64,000 bases of DNA from Eledone cirrhosa (GCA_964016885.1 OZ024740.1:401698001-401762000), one strand, 5' to 3'. Positions 44,831 to 59,456 are shown, numbered from the stretch's first letter. Translations and numbers: made by a program. Notes: generated by a model not told the origin, from the letters alone.

Positions 44831-44897
44831 ATTTTATTATGCGCATTTCAAAAACAAATATCATCATGCAATAACATTTGTTTTCATCAGATAAAAT
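44831..44897 (-). ncRNA. Type I HHR in a TA-flanked mini-element (44793-44965); degenerate copy 62021-62089 (-)
   Basis: Minus: auuuuau CUGAUGA aaacaaau...auuuguuu uu GAAA ugcgca U A / auaaaau. Confidence 0.75.
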
Positions 44898-44960
44898 AGG
44901 AAGATATGATATGAAGGTTAAAAAACACCTGTGGATAGTGCAGTTTTAAATCAACATATC

Positions 44961-45010
<50 letters not shown>

Positions 45011-46939
45011 AATATTTTCAAAAATAGCATATATTTTCATTCGCTCTGACAGTAGGCAGATTAACAGTGAGCTGTAATGATTAAGGGTGATACCCAGAAA
45101 CGTTAGTGTCCGCAGTTCTGTTTACAAGCCAACATAAGATCAAGAACGAGGAGGTCATTCTACTGACATGGCTTTAAAAATGAGGCTTGTTTGCATAATT
45201 GCAAACGAATCGAATATTATTATTAATATTCGAAGAACACAGATTACATTTATATATATATCTAGTTTTGCGAGGTTTTCTATATGAAATCGTGTGTCGA
45301 AACAAATATTGTTATATTTGGGGAGGGTCATATTTGTGTAATATTGCCAGAATTAATAACAGAACACACTCACTGTTTGGTTGGTTTTCGCTTCTCGCTG
45401 TCTTTTATATCGGTAATCTAACTTACTCGGTCCTCAATGTTGCCATTGACTGACCGACGGTCAAAAATAATACAGATACAATATAGACACAAACACATAT
45501 ATATAGTTTATCATAAATCATTCGTTGCACATCTGCAACATCGTCAGTGGTGTTATATTTTCCTCCTGTTGTGTTGTATGTCTACGCCATTTTTATTCAG
45601 TCTGTCTATTTATTTATTTATTTATTTGCTTGTTTGTTTATTTTATTTCGTCTTCTTTGCGCATGCGTTTGCGTGTGTGTATAGTGTTATGTTTGCTGTG
45701 TGATGGGTGACTAGTGTGTGTTTATGTGCTTGTTGTTATTGTGCTTGTGTATGTATTTATTTATTTATTTATCTTATTTTATTTTATTTACTTATTTATA
45801 CTTCTCTTAGGTCAGTGTTGTTTGTTTGGGTGTTGTTGTTATTCCATTCATTCTTTCTGTTTAGCTTTGGTCTTCTAATTTCTATTTCACTGGCCTCTCT
45901 GATTTGCCTATCTGCTGGGTCATTTCTATGTTTAGATATTATTCTAATTTCTATGTTGTCTATGTTACCGTCATGTTGTTGTCTAGCATGTTCGTATAGT
46001 ACTGACCCGTTTTTTCGTCCTTTTAGTTCCCCCCAGTGTTGGTCTATCCTTTCACCTATGCTACGAGCTGTCTCACCTATGTATGTTGTTGTCATGTTTC
46101 TGCAAGTACTCTCTGTACATCTTATGCTATAGACTACGTTTCTAGTTTTACAGTTTATCTGGGGGTTCACCTTACATATGATACATTTCCTATTGGTACA
46201 GTGGGTTTTCTTAAAAGGGTAGGTTGTGATATCGTCTACATAACGAGAGTACATGATGAGGTCTATGGAGCTTTCATTAAGGAGATCTTTAAGTCTCCTT
46301 TCCCACCATACCATGAAAAGGTTGGCAACATCACCAGCTATGCTGACGCCGATGGCTGCTCCCTCATTTTGGGTGTAGATTTTCTCGTTGAACTTAAATA
46401 TGTGGCTCTTTAGGGTAGTTTTGCTACTAGCCCCTATTGCATGTGCGCCCATTTTTCTTACCTGATCATTGTTTTGCGGGGTTCGTATAGCTTTGGTCCA
46501 CCCAATCCACCTTCCCATGGGAGTCTTTTTTGCCATTGAGGTTATGGTGGGGGGTCTACCTCTTATAGGTCTACTAGGGCAGAAACATATAAGGTCTTGG
46601 CTGTCTAGGTAGTCAGTGTCGTAGGTAAGTCTAAGTAGGAGGCCCAGTTCGTCTGTGTCGACGTCGCAGAACTCCACCTTACTTTCAATGATCATCTCCA
46701 CACATCTTTTCACAGCAAAATCAATGTTAATGGATGGGTACAGTGACACCACATCCATGCTGCCTATTATGCAGTTGGATAGGCTCCTGTCTTTGTTGCA
46801 CTCACTGATTCTGCTGAGGAGGCCCTCTGTACTGTCACATACATCTGGGGACATCTTGATTATGGGGCGTATAACCATTGAGAGGAAGTAGGAGATCCTG
46901 TAGTTGCTAGCTATATTAGCTCCGCATACGAGTCTTTCA

Positions 46940-49827
46940 CAAAAATACGTTGGAATGCAAAGGTAAACAACAACAACAATAGTAACGGTAGTAGTAATAT
47001 AAACAATAACTCTGAGTATAGAAATAACAGCCATAACTATAACAATAGCAGGAAAGTGAGACATAGTGATAATGGTAATAATACTAGCGATAGACAGAAC
47101 AACAACAACCACAATAATAATAATAATAGAAACATTAACCACAGACACAGCAACAGCGACCTCAGTAGTAATAACGGTAACAATACGAACAACAACAACA
47201 ATAACCACAGTGGTAATAATGGAAATAGTACATGTAGCAACATCAATGATAGACACAACAAAAACAAGAAACATAATATAAGTAACAACCACAATGGTAG
47301 AAATAACAGTAACAACAACAACAATAACGGTGAAGTAAACAACAATACATCTAGCAATCATAACAATAATAATAATGCTAATGATAGAAACAACAACAAC
47401 CACCCTGATAACAATAATAGCAACACACACAACTATGACGATAGATATAATGACAATCCCTTAGAGAAACTATTTTTCAACCCAGCTGACAAAACATATA
47501 AGATGGGTAATATCTATCCTACGAGGTTACCCTTTAATAAAAGAATTTGCATACCACAACAAATAGATGACGAGACAGAGGCACAGTTCACCATAGCTAG
47601 AAATAAGATTAGACAAATAGTAGACAGGTATACTAAGAGACAGAGCAGACCAGAGGCCCAACAACTTGGGAGGAAACCTGTAGAAGGCTTGGTTAGCCGT
47701 AAGCAGCGCGCAAGGGATGGTGAGGTAGTGTGTCTACCCACGGATAAGTCTGGTAGGCTATGCAACCCCACATCACCAATACGAGCGAAATTGCACAGCA
47801 AACACACGATGGGAGAGAAAAAATCCTCAACGCTCACATGATGATGTGGACTGACATCCTAAAGCCAAGCAGATGCACTGCCAACAACTTCCAGGCGTCT
47901 AACAATGCCATACCGCCCTTGTATGGGCTCCGCAAAGACCACAAGACAGTCGACGACCCGACAACAGGACCACCAACAAGACCCGTATACGGAGCTAATA
48001 TAGCTAGCAACTACAGGATCTCCTACTTCCTCTCAATGGTTATACGCCCCATAATCAAGATGTCCCCAGATGTATGTGACAGTACAGAGGACCTCCTCAG
48101 CAGAATCAGTGAGTGCAACAAAAACAGGAGCCTATCCAACTGCATAATAGGCAGCATGGATGTGGTGTCACTGTACCCATCCATTAACATTGATTTTGCT
48201 GTGAAAAGATGTGTGGAGATGATCATTGAGAGTGAGGTGGAGTTCTGCGACGTCGACACAGACGAACTGGGCCTCCTACTTAGACTTACCTACGACACTG
48301 ACTACCTAGACAGCCATGACCTTAGATGTTTCTGCCCTATTAGACATATAAGAGGTAGACCCCCCACCATAACCTCAATGGCAAAAAAGACTCCCATGGG
48401 AAGGTGGATTGGGTGGACCAAAGCTATACGGACCCCGCAAAACAGCGATCAGGTAAGAAAAATGGTCGCACATGCAATAGGGGCTAGTATCAAAACTACC
48501 CTAAAGGGCCACATATTTAAGTTCAACGAGAAAATCTACACCCAAAATGAGGGAGCAGCCATCGGCGTCAGCATAGCTGGTGATGTTGCCAACCTTTTCA
48601 TGGTATGGTGGGAAAGAAGACTTAAAGATCTCCTTAATGAAAGCTCCATAGACCTCATCATGTACTCTCGTTATGTAGACTATATCAATATAGTTATAAG
48701 AACACCCCCAATAGAGAGCACTAACAAGTTTGATTTAGAACGTAGCACAATGGAAAGCATCCAGCAGATAGCTAATTCCATACACCAGAGTATAACTGTA
48801 ACTATCGACTTCCCTTCCAAACACCCTAACAATAGACTACCTGTATTAGACACAGAACTCTGGATTAACACTATAGACTAGAGAGCCCAAATTATCCACT
48901 CACATTATGCTAAACCCATGGCCTCCAAATACCTGATACTCAAAAACTCAGCAATGTCCAGTAGTGCTAAGTTTAATATTCTGATCGCAGATTTGGTACG
49001 AGTGATGAAGAATGTGTCTCGCATGTGCGACCCAACAGAAATGGAAAGACACATCCAACACTTCATCAACCGCATGCAGTTCTCTGGCTACAACCAAAGA
49101 GACAGAGTCAGAGTATACGAAGGAGCCATGGAAAAGTATAAGACCCTCATAGAACTGGACATGAAAGGAATTTGCCCATTATACAGGAGAAAATCATGGA
49201 ATAGCTTAGATAGGGCTAGACATAAGATAGGGAAAGCCACCTCATGGTACGACAACCAGAGATACCAGAGTGTCATGTTTGTGGACGCCACCCCTGGAGG
49301 GAAATTAGCTAACCAGTGTAGAAAGGCCCTGAGAAAGACCCACTTAAAAATAAAGGTGGTAGAAAAGCCAGGAACCACCATAAAAACCCTGATCAGCAAA
49401 ACCTACCCTTTTAAGAAAACCCACTGTACCAATAGGAAATGTATCATATGTAAGGTGAACCCGCGGATAAACTGTAAAACTAGAAACAGTCTATAGCATA
49501 AGATGTCCAGAGGGTACTTGCAGAAACATGACAACAACATACATAGGTGAGACAGCTCGTAGCATAGGTGAAAGGATAGACCAACACTGGGGGGAACTAA
49601 AAGGACGAAAAAACGGGTCAGTACTATACGAACATGCTAGACAACAACATGACGGTAACATAGACAACATAGAAATTAGAATAATATCTAAACATAGAAA
49701 TGACCCAGCAGATAGGCAAATCAGAGAGGCCAGTGAAATAGAAATTAGAAGACCAAAGCTAAACAGAAAGAATGAATGGAATAACAACAACACCCAAACA
49801 AACAACACTGACCTAAGAGAAGTATAA
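46940..49827 (+). pseudogene. PLE ORF (Asn-rich N-terminus, DKSG, RT, GIY-YIG) with frameshifts, one stop and YVDD changed to YVDY
   Basis: ORFs 47056, 47760, 48918, 49528: PTDKSGR, PPLYGLRKDHK, PTRPV, GSMDVVSLYPSI, GAAIG, YIGETAR. Confidence 0.92.
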
Positions 49828-50065
49828 ATAAGTAAATAAAATAAGATAAATAAATAAATAAATACATACACAAGCACAATAACAACAAGCACATAAACAC
49901 ACACTAGTCACCCATCACACAGCAAACATAACACTATACACACACGCAAACGCATGCGCAAAGAAGACGAAATAAAATAAACAAACAAGCAAATAAATAA
50001 ATAAATAGATAGACAGACTGAATAAAAATGGCGTAGACATACAACACAACAGGAGGAAAATATAA

Positions 50066-50109
50066 CACCACTGACGATGTTGCAGATGTGCAACGAATGA
50101 TTTATGATA
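50066..50109 (+). ncRNA. Degenerate or variant HHR in the PLE B 3' UTR
   Basis: CUGACGA u guugca-gaug-ugcaac GAAU; stem II covaries with element A; stem I weak. Confidence 0.55.
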
Positions 50110-50304
50110 AACTATATATATGTGTTTGTGTCTATATTGTATCTGTATTATTTTTGACCGTCGGTCAGTCAATGGCAACATTGAGGACCGAGTAAGTTAG
50201 ATTACCGATATAAAAGACAGCGAGAAGCGAAAACCAACCAAACAGTGAGTGTGTTCTGTTATTAATTCTGGCAATATTACACAAATATGACCCTCCCCAA
50301 CTAT

Positions 50305-50377
<73 letters not shown>

Positions 50378-50593
50378 CACATTCATTATATAAGTATATG
50401 TATTTTGTATATCGGATATTGTTGACTCTTGGCTGATGACCTGAGTACACAGGCAAAATGCCAGAAAAATAAGCAGCGAGACTCAAATTAGACCTTAATA
50501 CGTCGACTGATACTCTGAATTGTGGTCGGTCTTCGGCTCACATCGCAGCCGCTCCAAACACACACTCATATATATATATATATATATATATAT

Positions 50594-50625
<32 letters not shown>

Positions 50626-50680
50626 TTAGATTATACACATACACAAACACATATATCTATAGATATACAGATATACATAT

Positions 50681-50726
<46 letters not shown>

Positions 50727-50744
50727 GGGGGGGGGTTGTGCTTA

Positions 50745-52450
50745 CAGTTCAGAATTATAACTTCTTTAAAAACGGCAAACGTTTTGCGTTTTATTGTTCG
50801 TTTTGGTGAAAGTAGTGATGTAGAAAGATGAGTGTGTAAAAGTTAGTGAAAATGTCCTTGTATTCTGTTGTGCAGTTGCCGTTTCTCTGGATCGATGTAG
50901 TTGAATTTGCATGCACAGTTCGCCTCAAACACCACATGGTCTCTCAGGGTTATTGGTTTTGTATTGCTGTTTTTAATTCCTGTGGTTGTATATTGGGCAT
51001 CTCAAAATGCAGCAGGTGTCTTCTTCGATGCTTTGCATGAAATGTTGTCTCAACGTCCACCCCACACCTCATTACTCGCATTTGGAGACCTGATCTCTTG
51101 ATCCAGTTTCTCTGTTGATTTTCTGTCTGTTCTCCTTGGTATGGCAGATTAATGTAGACCCAGGTTTTTCCTTTATTCTCTCGTTACTTTCTCACTTTTT
51201 CTTTCTTCTTGTTGGTGTAATGTCTTACATCATTGTTGTTGGTCTTCGGTACTTGTGGTTGCTATTAGAACTATGGGTGGTGGTTGGTGTTGGCATGCGG
51301 TGCTGTTTCCGAAAGTTGTTTTGTAGGAATTTGCTAGGGTTGCCTCGTCGCATTTGTCCATGTGGCGTATGAGTTCATCCTTGGCCACGTGATGTTTTAG
51401 ATTTTGTGGATATGTTGAGTCTGGCTTCCTTCTCATAGGAGCTGATATTGGCCTTTCCTGAAGCTAGGGATAGGGTTGTCGGATGTTTGGTGTTGAATTT
51501 GATTGTGTTGTGTAGTTCATTAGATATTTCATATATTTCCACCGCCTCCTCCCAAGAATGGGCTAGCGCTGGTGTGTCATCTACATATCTCTGGTAGAAC
51601 GTGATGTCACGTCCGGAGTATAGAGCTCTTCTTTCCTGGCTATCCGTCATTAGTGTTGTCAGGGTACCGCTAAACCGGGAGCCTCTCGGAAGTCTACTGG
51701 CTTGATTGTACGTGGTGTTGTTGGTAGAAAGTACCAGGAACGTGTTGAGGCTTGCTCATGGAAAGCCTGCTTCAAGACCCTGTCCTTCCTCTAGGCGCTG
51801 TTTAACTGAGGGTATGGCCTCTGCTGGTGGTATGCTGGTATACATGGAGCTTCAATCAAGGCTAAATGCATATTTATTATTTTCGATTATCTTATTGGGT
51901 ATTTTTGGAAGGAGTTCGATATGCTGCCGGCTATTTTCGTGGTGTGCTGGTATGTGTACAATTAAAGGTTTTAGTAGCCTTGATAGGAGCAATTCGGAGG
52001 ATGTCATAATTGTGGTTGTGTTGTTGTTGCTGTTTGAATTGTGTGGTGTTTGTGTTACTGTATGATTGTGTATTGATATTGTGCATGGTGTTTACGGCGT
52101 TGTTTATATTGTGAAGGCTTTGTCTTTGCCGTATCTTGTGCCCTTTTTTTTCTGGTTTAGTGTGTTGTCTGTTTTGGGATCGGCAAAGGAGGCGTTCGGA
52201 TTTGGTATTCGATTTTGATTGGTAGTGCTTGACGTGTCATGTGATTCATTTCCTTTATTAAGTGTGGGGTGAACATTCGTCAATTGATGGGTGCGCGGGA
52301 GATTTTCTTGTTGGGGTGATGGAACTTTTACATTTTACTAGAATCATCTTGTTGCTGATATACTTGCGGTTGTTCGATTTTTAAGAAGACATGAGATTTT
52401 CCAGGTGTTTTAGATATTGTCGTCTTACGTGGTGCAGATTTGCCAGTATG
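50745..52450 (-). pseudogene. Decayed canonical PLE (RT plus GIY-YIG)
   Basis: Minus: FSLD*SSMYTSIP...YNQASRLPRGSRFSG...YQRYVDDT...LHNTIKF; VVFEANCACKFNYID...LHNRIQGH. Confidence 0.8.
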
Positions 52451-53270
52451 TTCTTTCAAGTTTGACGGTATAGGTCACAGAATTGGTTGAGAGAGATATG
52501 CGTTGCCTGGCAGGGGCTTGTGGATATAATGTGTTGGTATATTTCAAATAACATATTTGTATGTATAGTGAGACATGTTTCATTTTCTTTTTCTAGTGCA
52601 TGCAGTTCAGGGTAAGGTAAGAAAATTGAGCTATAGAGAGCTGAGAGGGAGAAGCTCAAATAAAATATATTACATTACTTTAAACTAAGTGAACGTAAAA
52701 TAACATGAATTAGGGATCATTTCTTGCTTGTAATGCTAAGAAAAACAACATTATTAAAATAAATATTGATTTTTTTTTGTTTAGAATATGATACAGAACG
52801 AGAGAATGTCCGCTACATTATTGCAGCAGAACGAATAGAATGGGGGCGTCTTATACTGCTAGCTTTTTCAGTTTGCTTATCTCTGTTTATCTCCTCCCAC
52901 TACATGAATTAAGCTATTCTTCTTACTGTAAAGAGGCGTGTCCTAACGGCTAGTTGTTCTATTTGGAGGTATCTTACTGTAAGTCTCTGTTTCTCATTCT
53001 GTGTGGGAGTGTGTCAATTTTAAAGGAACGCCTATTCACCTTTTATGGTGAGACTGTTTCTGTCAGTATATATTTGCGTGTGTGCTTGTCTCTGTACATA
53101 TATGTTTACATTGTTAGTTACTGTCGCACATGGACACAAACACACAATTGTATGTTCCCATACTTGAACACGCACATGCATACAGGCGCGCGCAAACTCA
53201 TACGCATGCACGCACAGCCGCACGCATTTGCACGCCCCCACACACATATACCTGTATCTGTCTGTCTATA

Positions 53271-53325
<55 letters not shown>

Positions 53326-55045
53326 ACACGTGTGCGTGTGTATGTGTGTGTACACTGAATGTGTGAGAAGGCTATACAGATATAGACACAGATAAATAGA
53401 TAGATAATAAGTAGATATCTTTCTAAGTAGATAGATAGTTTGTTTGCTTAATTTAGAGGCAGATATACTTGAAGGAATAGTTACATGTAATTATCAAATT
53501 TATGGAATTATAATATTTACTTTTCTGTAATTTGCATTCATTTCTTTTTTTCATTTAGATATAGCTAATTTAAATCATGTGATAAACAGCAAAGTTTCAC
53601 GTGCTGGTGATGTTATTTAGTTTATGTTTCTTGTTTTTAGAATGGAAAAATCGCCCAACACCGGAGGTTTATAAGATACACAGCCAGAATGTACTCAATT
53701 CGAAGAATTTGATTTTATCTCATTTCCATTAGAAACGGATGATGTGTGTGAGCTAACATTCGAGCCTTTAATTGACTTGAGCGTAGTTTGAACTCAAGTC
53801 GTAAAGTAGAGGAAGAGATATCGTAAGTAATTTCAAAGTTAAACATTATTGATACAATCAAGTGAGTCTTGTAAATTATAACGTTGTATTGTTAATGTTC
53901 TCGTGAATACTAGAACATTTAGAACATAGGTAGGTCCAAAATGGGAATCGGAGTTAAGTTCGAGTCTCCTTTTGTCGAAATGTATACTTACATAGACTCA
54001 ATGCTCGAAATAACAATAATATAAATATCAACATAAAAAAAGAGCAACATATGTGCTTCTACGCCCTTGATGGCCTTCTAGAAAGAGTAACCAAATATCC
54101 ATCTAAATCTCAGACACCTCCAAGAAAAAAAAAAAAAAAAAAACTGAAGACTATATAAAAAAGATTATATACATTTTCTCTGAATAAGATATGACTGGAT
54201 CACATTTGGTGAAGGATCCACTGGATCGAGCCTGGCCTCAGATTAATCTATTATAATAATAAAATAAAACAGAACAGCAATAAAAAATAACTACATTTTC
54301 ATCGCTTAGTTACAGAAAAAAGAATAGGACATCCGGCCCTTTTGTGAATATCCAAGACTGGAGGCAAGAAGAGATGTAGTAGCTCTCAACCCGGATTCCT
54401 GGTCCAAATATGTACAAAAGCAAGCATTCTGTAAAGATAATTTAAAATAGGGTTAGCGATGTTTTTAGGAGAAATATACCCTCATTAGTTATAATGTTCT
54501 AAAACAATTCCCGTGGGAATTTAGGAGCAGCATATTATCATGTTTATATTTGTATTTTACGAATGATTTTATGGAGAAAAAGAACAAAATGCTTAATACG
54601 GTTCCCAAAGAAATGATAATGGAGTCTCTGATGAATGCTAGTAGGGAGCACACACATACACACACACATACACATACACACATTCACACATACACGCACA
54701 CACACAATCGTTAACAAATATATCTTCCGTGATTATTTCGGTCGCCACCCTGATCATGCGTGCTACTCAGGTTAGCTTCACACTCAGATTACGGGAATCA
54801 TAATTTCGTTCTTCCTGGACTAGGACCAGGTGATGGTGTGGAGGTAAACCCGGCGATAGATTAAATAAACTGCGATAACAACAGCAATATGCCCAATAAA
54901 TAAATGAACATTGTTACTAATGATACAAATTGTTACTAATGATACAAATTGATGGTAGATATTAGATGTTGAAAAGTTCACGCCTTCACTATGAATATTA
55001 ACAGTGGTCGAGACGTCCTCTGAAGTGGTAACAATCATATTGTTA

Positions 55046-55182
55046 TTGGCAGTATCGGTAGAGGGTCGGACACCATGCCGTGGTTAACTTTGCCTTTCAT
55101 CCATACGGGGTCGATAAAATAAAGTACCAGTAATACATTGGGTAATTGCTGGCCTTGTGCCAACAGTAGAAACAATTATTGT
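55046..55182 (+). mobile_element. SINE (internally deleted)
   Basis: A box, core and tail. Confidence 0.8.
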
Positions 55183-56399
55183 TACAGTTATTTTCAATAT
55201 TGATATTAATGATTGTGACGATGATGCTGGTGGTGGTTGTGATGGTGGTAGTGGTGGTGGTGGTCGTCATGATGTTGGTGGTGGTGATGGTCGTGGTGAT
55301 GCTGGCAGTGGTGGTAGTGGTGGTCGTGAAATTGGTGGTAGTGTTGATGGTGGTGGTGGTGATGATGATAGGGAGTTATCAAAAATGTTATTTACAATTA
55401 TTGGTCTTTTCTGAATTGTTTTTCTTAAGTGATAAAGGAATTTATCAAACCAACTGATTACACGAAAAGGAAGGAAGGAAGGAAAGAGAGAATGGAAAAG
55501 AAAGAGAGATAACAATAAAGAAAGTGTGTTTGTTGGGGGGGGGGGTTAACATGAGAAAGAATGATTATAAATAAAATTGGAAAAAGAATGAAAATGAAAG
55601 AAAATCAGAATAGGCAAAAGAAAGAGAGAAAGGAAGAACAGAAAATAAAAAGAGAGAAGGAGAAGAAAGAAAGCATAAATTAATGAATGAACTATAAAAA
55701 GAAATGTGTCTAACAGCATCCAGTTTTCTTTCAGCTGAGCCGCTCTGTACTGTGAACGATACCACTCTCTGTGCCAAATTTAGGCTCGCATGAAGAGAAT
55801 ATAATGGTAAAGTTTCTTTTCGGTACATTAGAGTGCATAGAACATAATACAATGAATCCACTTGGCGAGAATACTGGCCAACGAGGAAGACTCCACTCAG
55901 TCATACAGGCTGCTAGAAATAGCAGTCAATCTATCTAAAATCAAAGTGAAACGTCATGGGAAAGGAAATGATTCATTAAATAATATACTTATACAGAATC
56001 AAGCGATTGTTATTCGCAAAGTCTACGCTTAGTATTGGGTCTACATGAAACAATGTCTTTTCCAATTCTCTATATAATTTCTTCGCTACTGAGAGAGAAA
56101 GAGAAATGTGTGGTCTTCCCAGTTTTTACATAATAGACAATTTCAATACGAATAAAGAGAGAAGATTCCTATCATACATAGCAACATTCCAAGTAATTAC
56201 TCCCTTTTAAATCACTGTATTCTGGCATAAAGATAAAGACAAACATTCCCTCTGATGTTTCAAGTTACTCCGCTAATCTATTAATTAAATATAGAAGTTT
56301 TCGAAAGTTTATATTTTAAAAATTATATCTGAAGAATTTGAAGGATCGGCAATACATGTTTGCCTTGCTGTTGATATATTTGCAGTAACGTGCCAGCTG

Positions 56400-56912
56400 C
56401 AGCAATCAGTAATCGGAAGATGGGAGGTATGTGTAAAAGTCAAACTCGCTATCTTAAATTTGGTATTCGTATCCACCTTTACCTATGGTCAGGAATCTTG
56501 TATAATTACCAAAATAATACAAACGGCCGAAATTAAGTTTCTTCTGGATGACTTTGAACGTTACTCGATAGAGTGCGTGGTTCGGAGATCAGAGAGTCGT
56601 TCCAGATAGAGTCTATATTTCTCCGGAGTGAGAGATCAAAGCTCCTATATTACGGACATTTGGTTAGAATATCTCAGGAAAGAATCGCTGGATATATTTT
56701 ACGGGCAACACCAACGGGCAGGAGACCCATTGGTAGACTCCGAGCAAGATGGCTGGTCTCACTTAGGGATCCAGTCGGAGCAATTGGAGACGGTTGCTTC
56801 TGCCATGACCCTTACATGTATAAGTGGGCGGCGAAGAAGAAGAAGAAGAAGAAGAAGAAGAAGAAGAAGAAGAAGAAGAAGAAGAAGAAGAAGAAGAAGA
56901 AGAAGAAGAAGA
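56400..56912 (+). pseudogene. RTE-clade LINE 3' end with (GAA)n tail
   Basis: TYGQES, YYGHLVRISQERI, GRRPIGRLRARWL. Confidence 0.85.
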
Positions 56913-58362
56913 ATATACCCTATGAATATGGTTGAATTTGGTGCAGATATCTCTTAGTATTTCTTTAACTTGCAAAATATAACATCGGACACATCTTGCT
57001 ACGCCATTAAACAAATATGTGTACCAGAGAGCAGTGTACAGTAAGAATGTCTACTGATTTTCAGTCATGTAAATACAGTTTATATTTATGATGGTGTTTT
57101 AGATGTTCTCCTCTATTATTCTTCGTTATGTATGCCATCGTTTTTTTAATTTGTTTATATATATATTTTTATACTGGTTTTAGTTCATGCAGTATAACCA
57201 TTTTTAACATGATCTTATAGCTACATTTTCTTTTCTAGTATATTAGTCACGTTTTTTTAGTAGTTCATTTGGTAAAGAATACGCAGTCAACGGCAAGCAG
57301 ATTGTTCCAAGCCCTTTAATGCAATAATGCTTTTAAATGGAATAAGCAGGCGATAAGTAACATATTATAACATAACATAACACAATATAAAATAACACTT
57401 TTCTGTAGTATTTTCTAAACACTCTAAAAAAAAGAATGTCTGTCTGTTCACCAACGTTCTATTGAATTACCAAACAATGAGTCGGTTCTAACATAGTTTT
57501 TTAACATATCGCACACACAGACAGATTATGTGTGAACTAAAATGCTTACAAAGAGAAATAGCACGGAAATGATAAGGAAATGGTAGGTATCGATTGAAAC
57601 AATGAAAATACACAGGATATGTACGAAATATTTTTAGGGGAAAAAAACATCGATTCGATTTTTATCTCGATTTGTTGAATATTTTCTTCATTTTTGTTTT
57701 TATGAAAACCGTATCGTGATAAAATGAGAATATATTCACAAACAGTATTAAACGGCAATAACAAAGACAACAACAACACAGCATGGATAGTGGAATATGA
57801 CTTCGAATCGGAATACAATAATAAAAACGAAGAAATTCCATAGCATATCGACGGAAAATTGTTTAATTCATTTATATTTAAACTAATTCAGTTTCGAATT
57901 CAAATTAGGATTCCAGATTTCCACTTTAGCTACCAATTTATCTATTTATCTCTCTCTCACTCAATTCTCATTAGATCCTAACTCTTACATATTTATCCAT
58001 ATATATGTATATATAAATATATATATAGATGACAAGTAAGTATGCTTTGAAACAGTGAGCAGGTTTGAAATTAGAAAATAGAACAGTATTTTTGACTAAA
58101 GAAATGTTAGCCTGATAATGGGGTTTAGAACCCTTAGATAATTGGAAAAAGATGAGTATTGACGTACATGATATGTTTACGCACACAAATACATATATAT
58201 ATACACACACTCACATACGCACACACACACAGACACATACACATTACAAATATATATACAATGACTGACTGAATGAAGATGTGTGTTTTTTCTCAATGTT
58301 GCGTCGGTTCCTTCCTTTTTTTCAATATCTAGCTTTCTATTACATCTTAAATATATTATTCT

Positions 58363-58401
58363 ATCTTCTGATGAAGGACTAGTTGTTCGAAAGGTTAAGA
58401 T
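58363..58401 (+). ncRNA. Minimal HHR (decayed relative at ~26899-26931)
   Basis: atctt CUGAUGA a ggac-uaguu-guuc GAAA ggUU / aagau. Confidence 0.6.
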
Positions 58402-58588
58402 TCTTCTATTATTTCAAGTAATCTAATATATTGCTCCATTCTACTGTGTTGTTTACTTTGTAATTTCTGTTTCACACATATATACATATATAGGAATGTA
58501 TAGTATATTGGGCAATATACCGTATGTTTAATTAAAAACATTTAGAAGACCATACGCTATCCGTTTTAAAGTAGTTACTAGGGAGAGA

Positions 58589-58630
58589 GGTTTACAGTAT
58601 GTTTCACGCTGGTTGGCGTTCATCAGAACC
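58589..58630 (-). ncRNA. Minimal type I HHR
   Basis: Minus: gguu CUGAUGA acgc-caacca-gcgu GAAA ca-uac-ug U A / aacc. Confidence 0.75.
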
Positions 58631-58723
58631 ACGCACTCCTATGCTTCCGCCGAAAATGATAGCAGCTGGATTCTTATAGAATTCCAGTAATAATCATAAT
58701 CTATAAAAATCCACCTTATATAT

Positions 58724-58898
<175 letters not shown>

Positions 58899-59456
58899 AG
58901 AATAAAATAACAAGGATTACATTTAATTGATTTGCGAACGTTTCCACAAATTTAGCAAAATGTCCCATTAATGAATCTTCTCTGTACTGATTTCTACAGA
59001 ATCATTAAACAATATCAATAACATATTTACCTTCGATATCAGAAATCTTCCATTGGAAAATGTAAACAGTTTAAATTATATTGGGAAAGATGTTAAAATA
59101 TTGTGAATAAGTAAACGTACAGAATAAAATAAATTCACTGTCAGTCAGTACATCTGATACTAGGATATGGTTCATATTGTATATGTTGGTGTCTGTATGT
59201 TTGTCTGTAACGTTTAAAATACTTGCATCATATATGAATACATCTCATATACACAGCATGTAGTGAACTTAATACAAATACTGCCGTGGAATATCTTGTA
59301 TATATTGGCTGAGAAGACAGGCAAGAGTGTATGACACTTTGGCCAGCAGATGTCTTCGCAATCATTACCGTTCAAAGAAGCAATTCTCTCTTAAAATATC
59401 CTTTCAGGCTTAGAACATGTCTTAACATCATACAAGACAATTATCAAATAGAACAC

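Larger units (their letters stand above)
45261..50310 (+). mobile_element. Penelope-like retroelement B: near full length, with an inverted, internally deleted second copy (45261-46936), in (TA)n
   Basis: Inverted arms, tail on the left arm, homologous to element A. Confidence 0.95.

Noticed and set aside
45796-47430. 544-aa minus ORF with a hydrophobic N-terminus fused to RT-EN
   Set aside because: The N-terminus is the antisense of the Asn tract read across the inversion junction; a chimeric artefact
50425-50465. ctgatga cctg-agtaca-cagg caaa
   Set aside because: GAAA and the cleavage triplet are missing; at most a decayed HHR
51755-51860. Two in-frame TGA codons in a PLE RT (selenocysteine, as in some Naiads?)
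   Set aside because: Not at Cys-like positions, the element is generally decayed, and no SECIS was recognised
52590-53750. Splice-like signals (ttctag...gtaag 52596-52617; tttag at 52785 and 53640)
   Set aside because: No recognisable protein or consistent frame; needs RNA-seq
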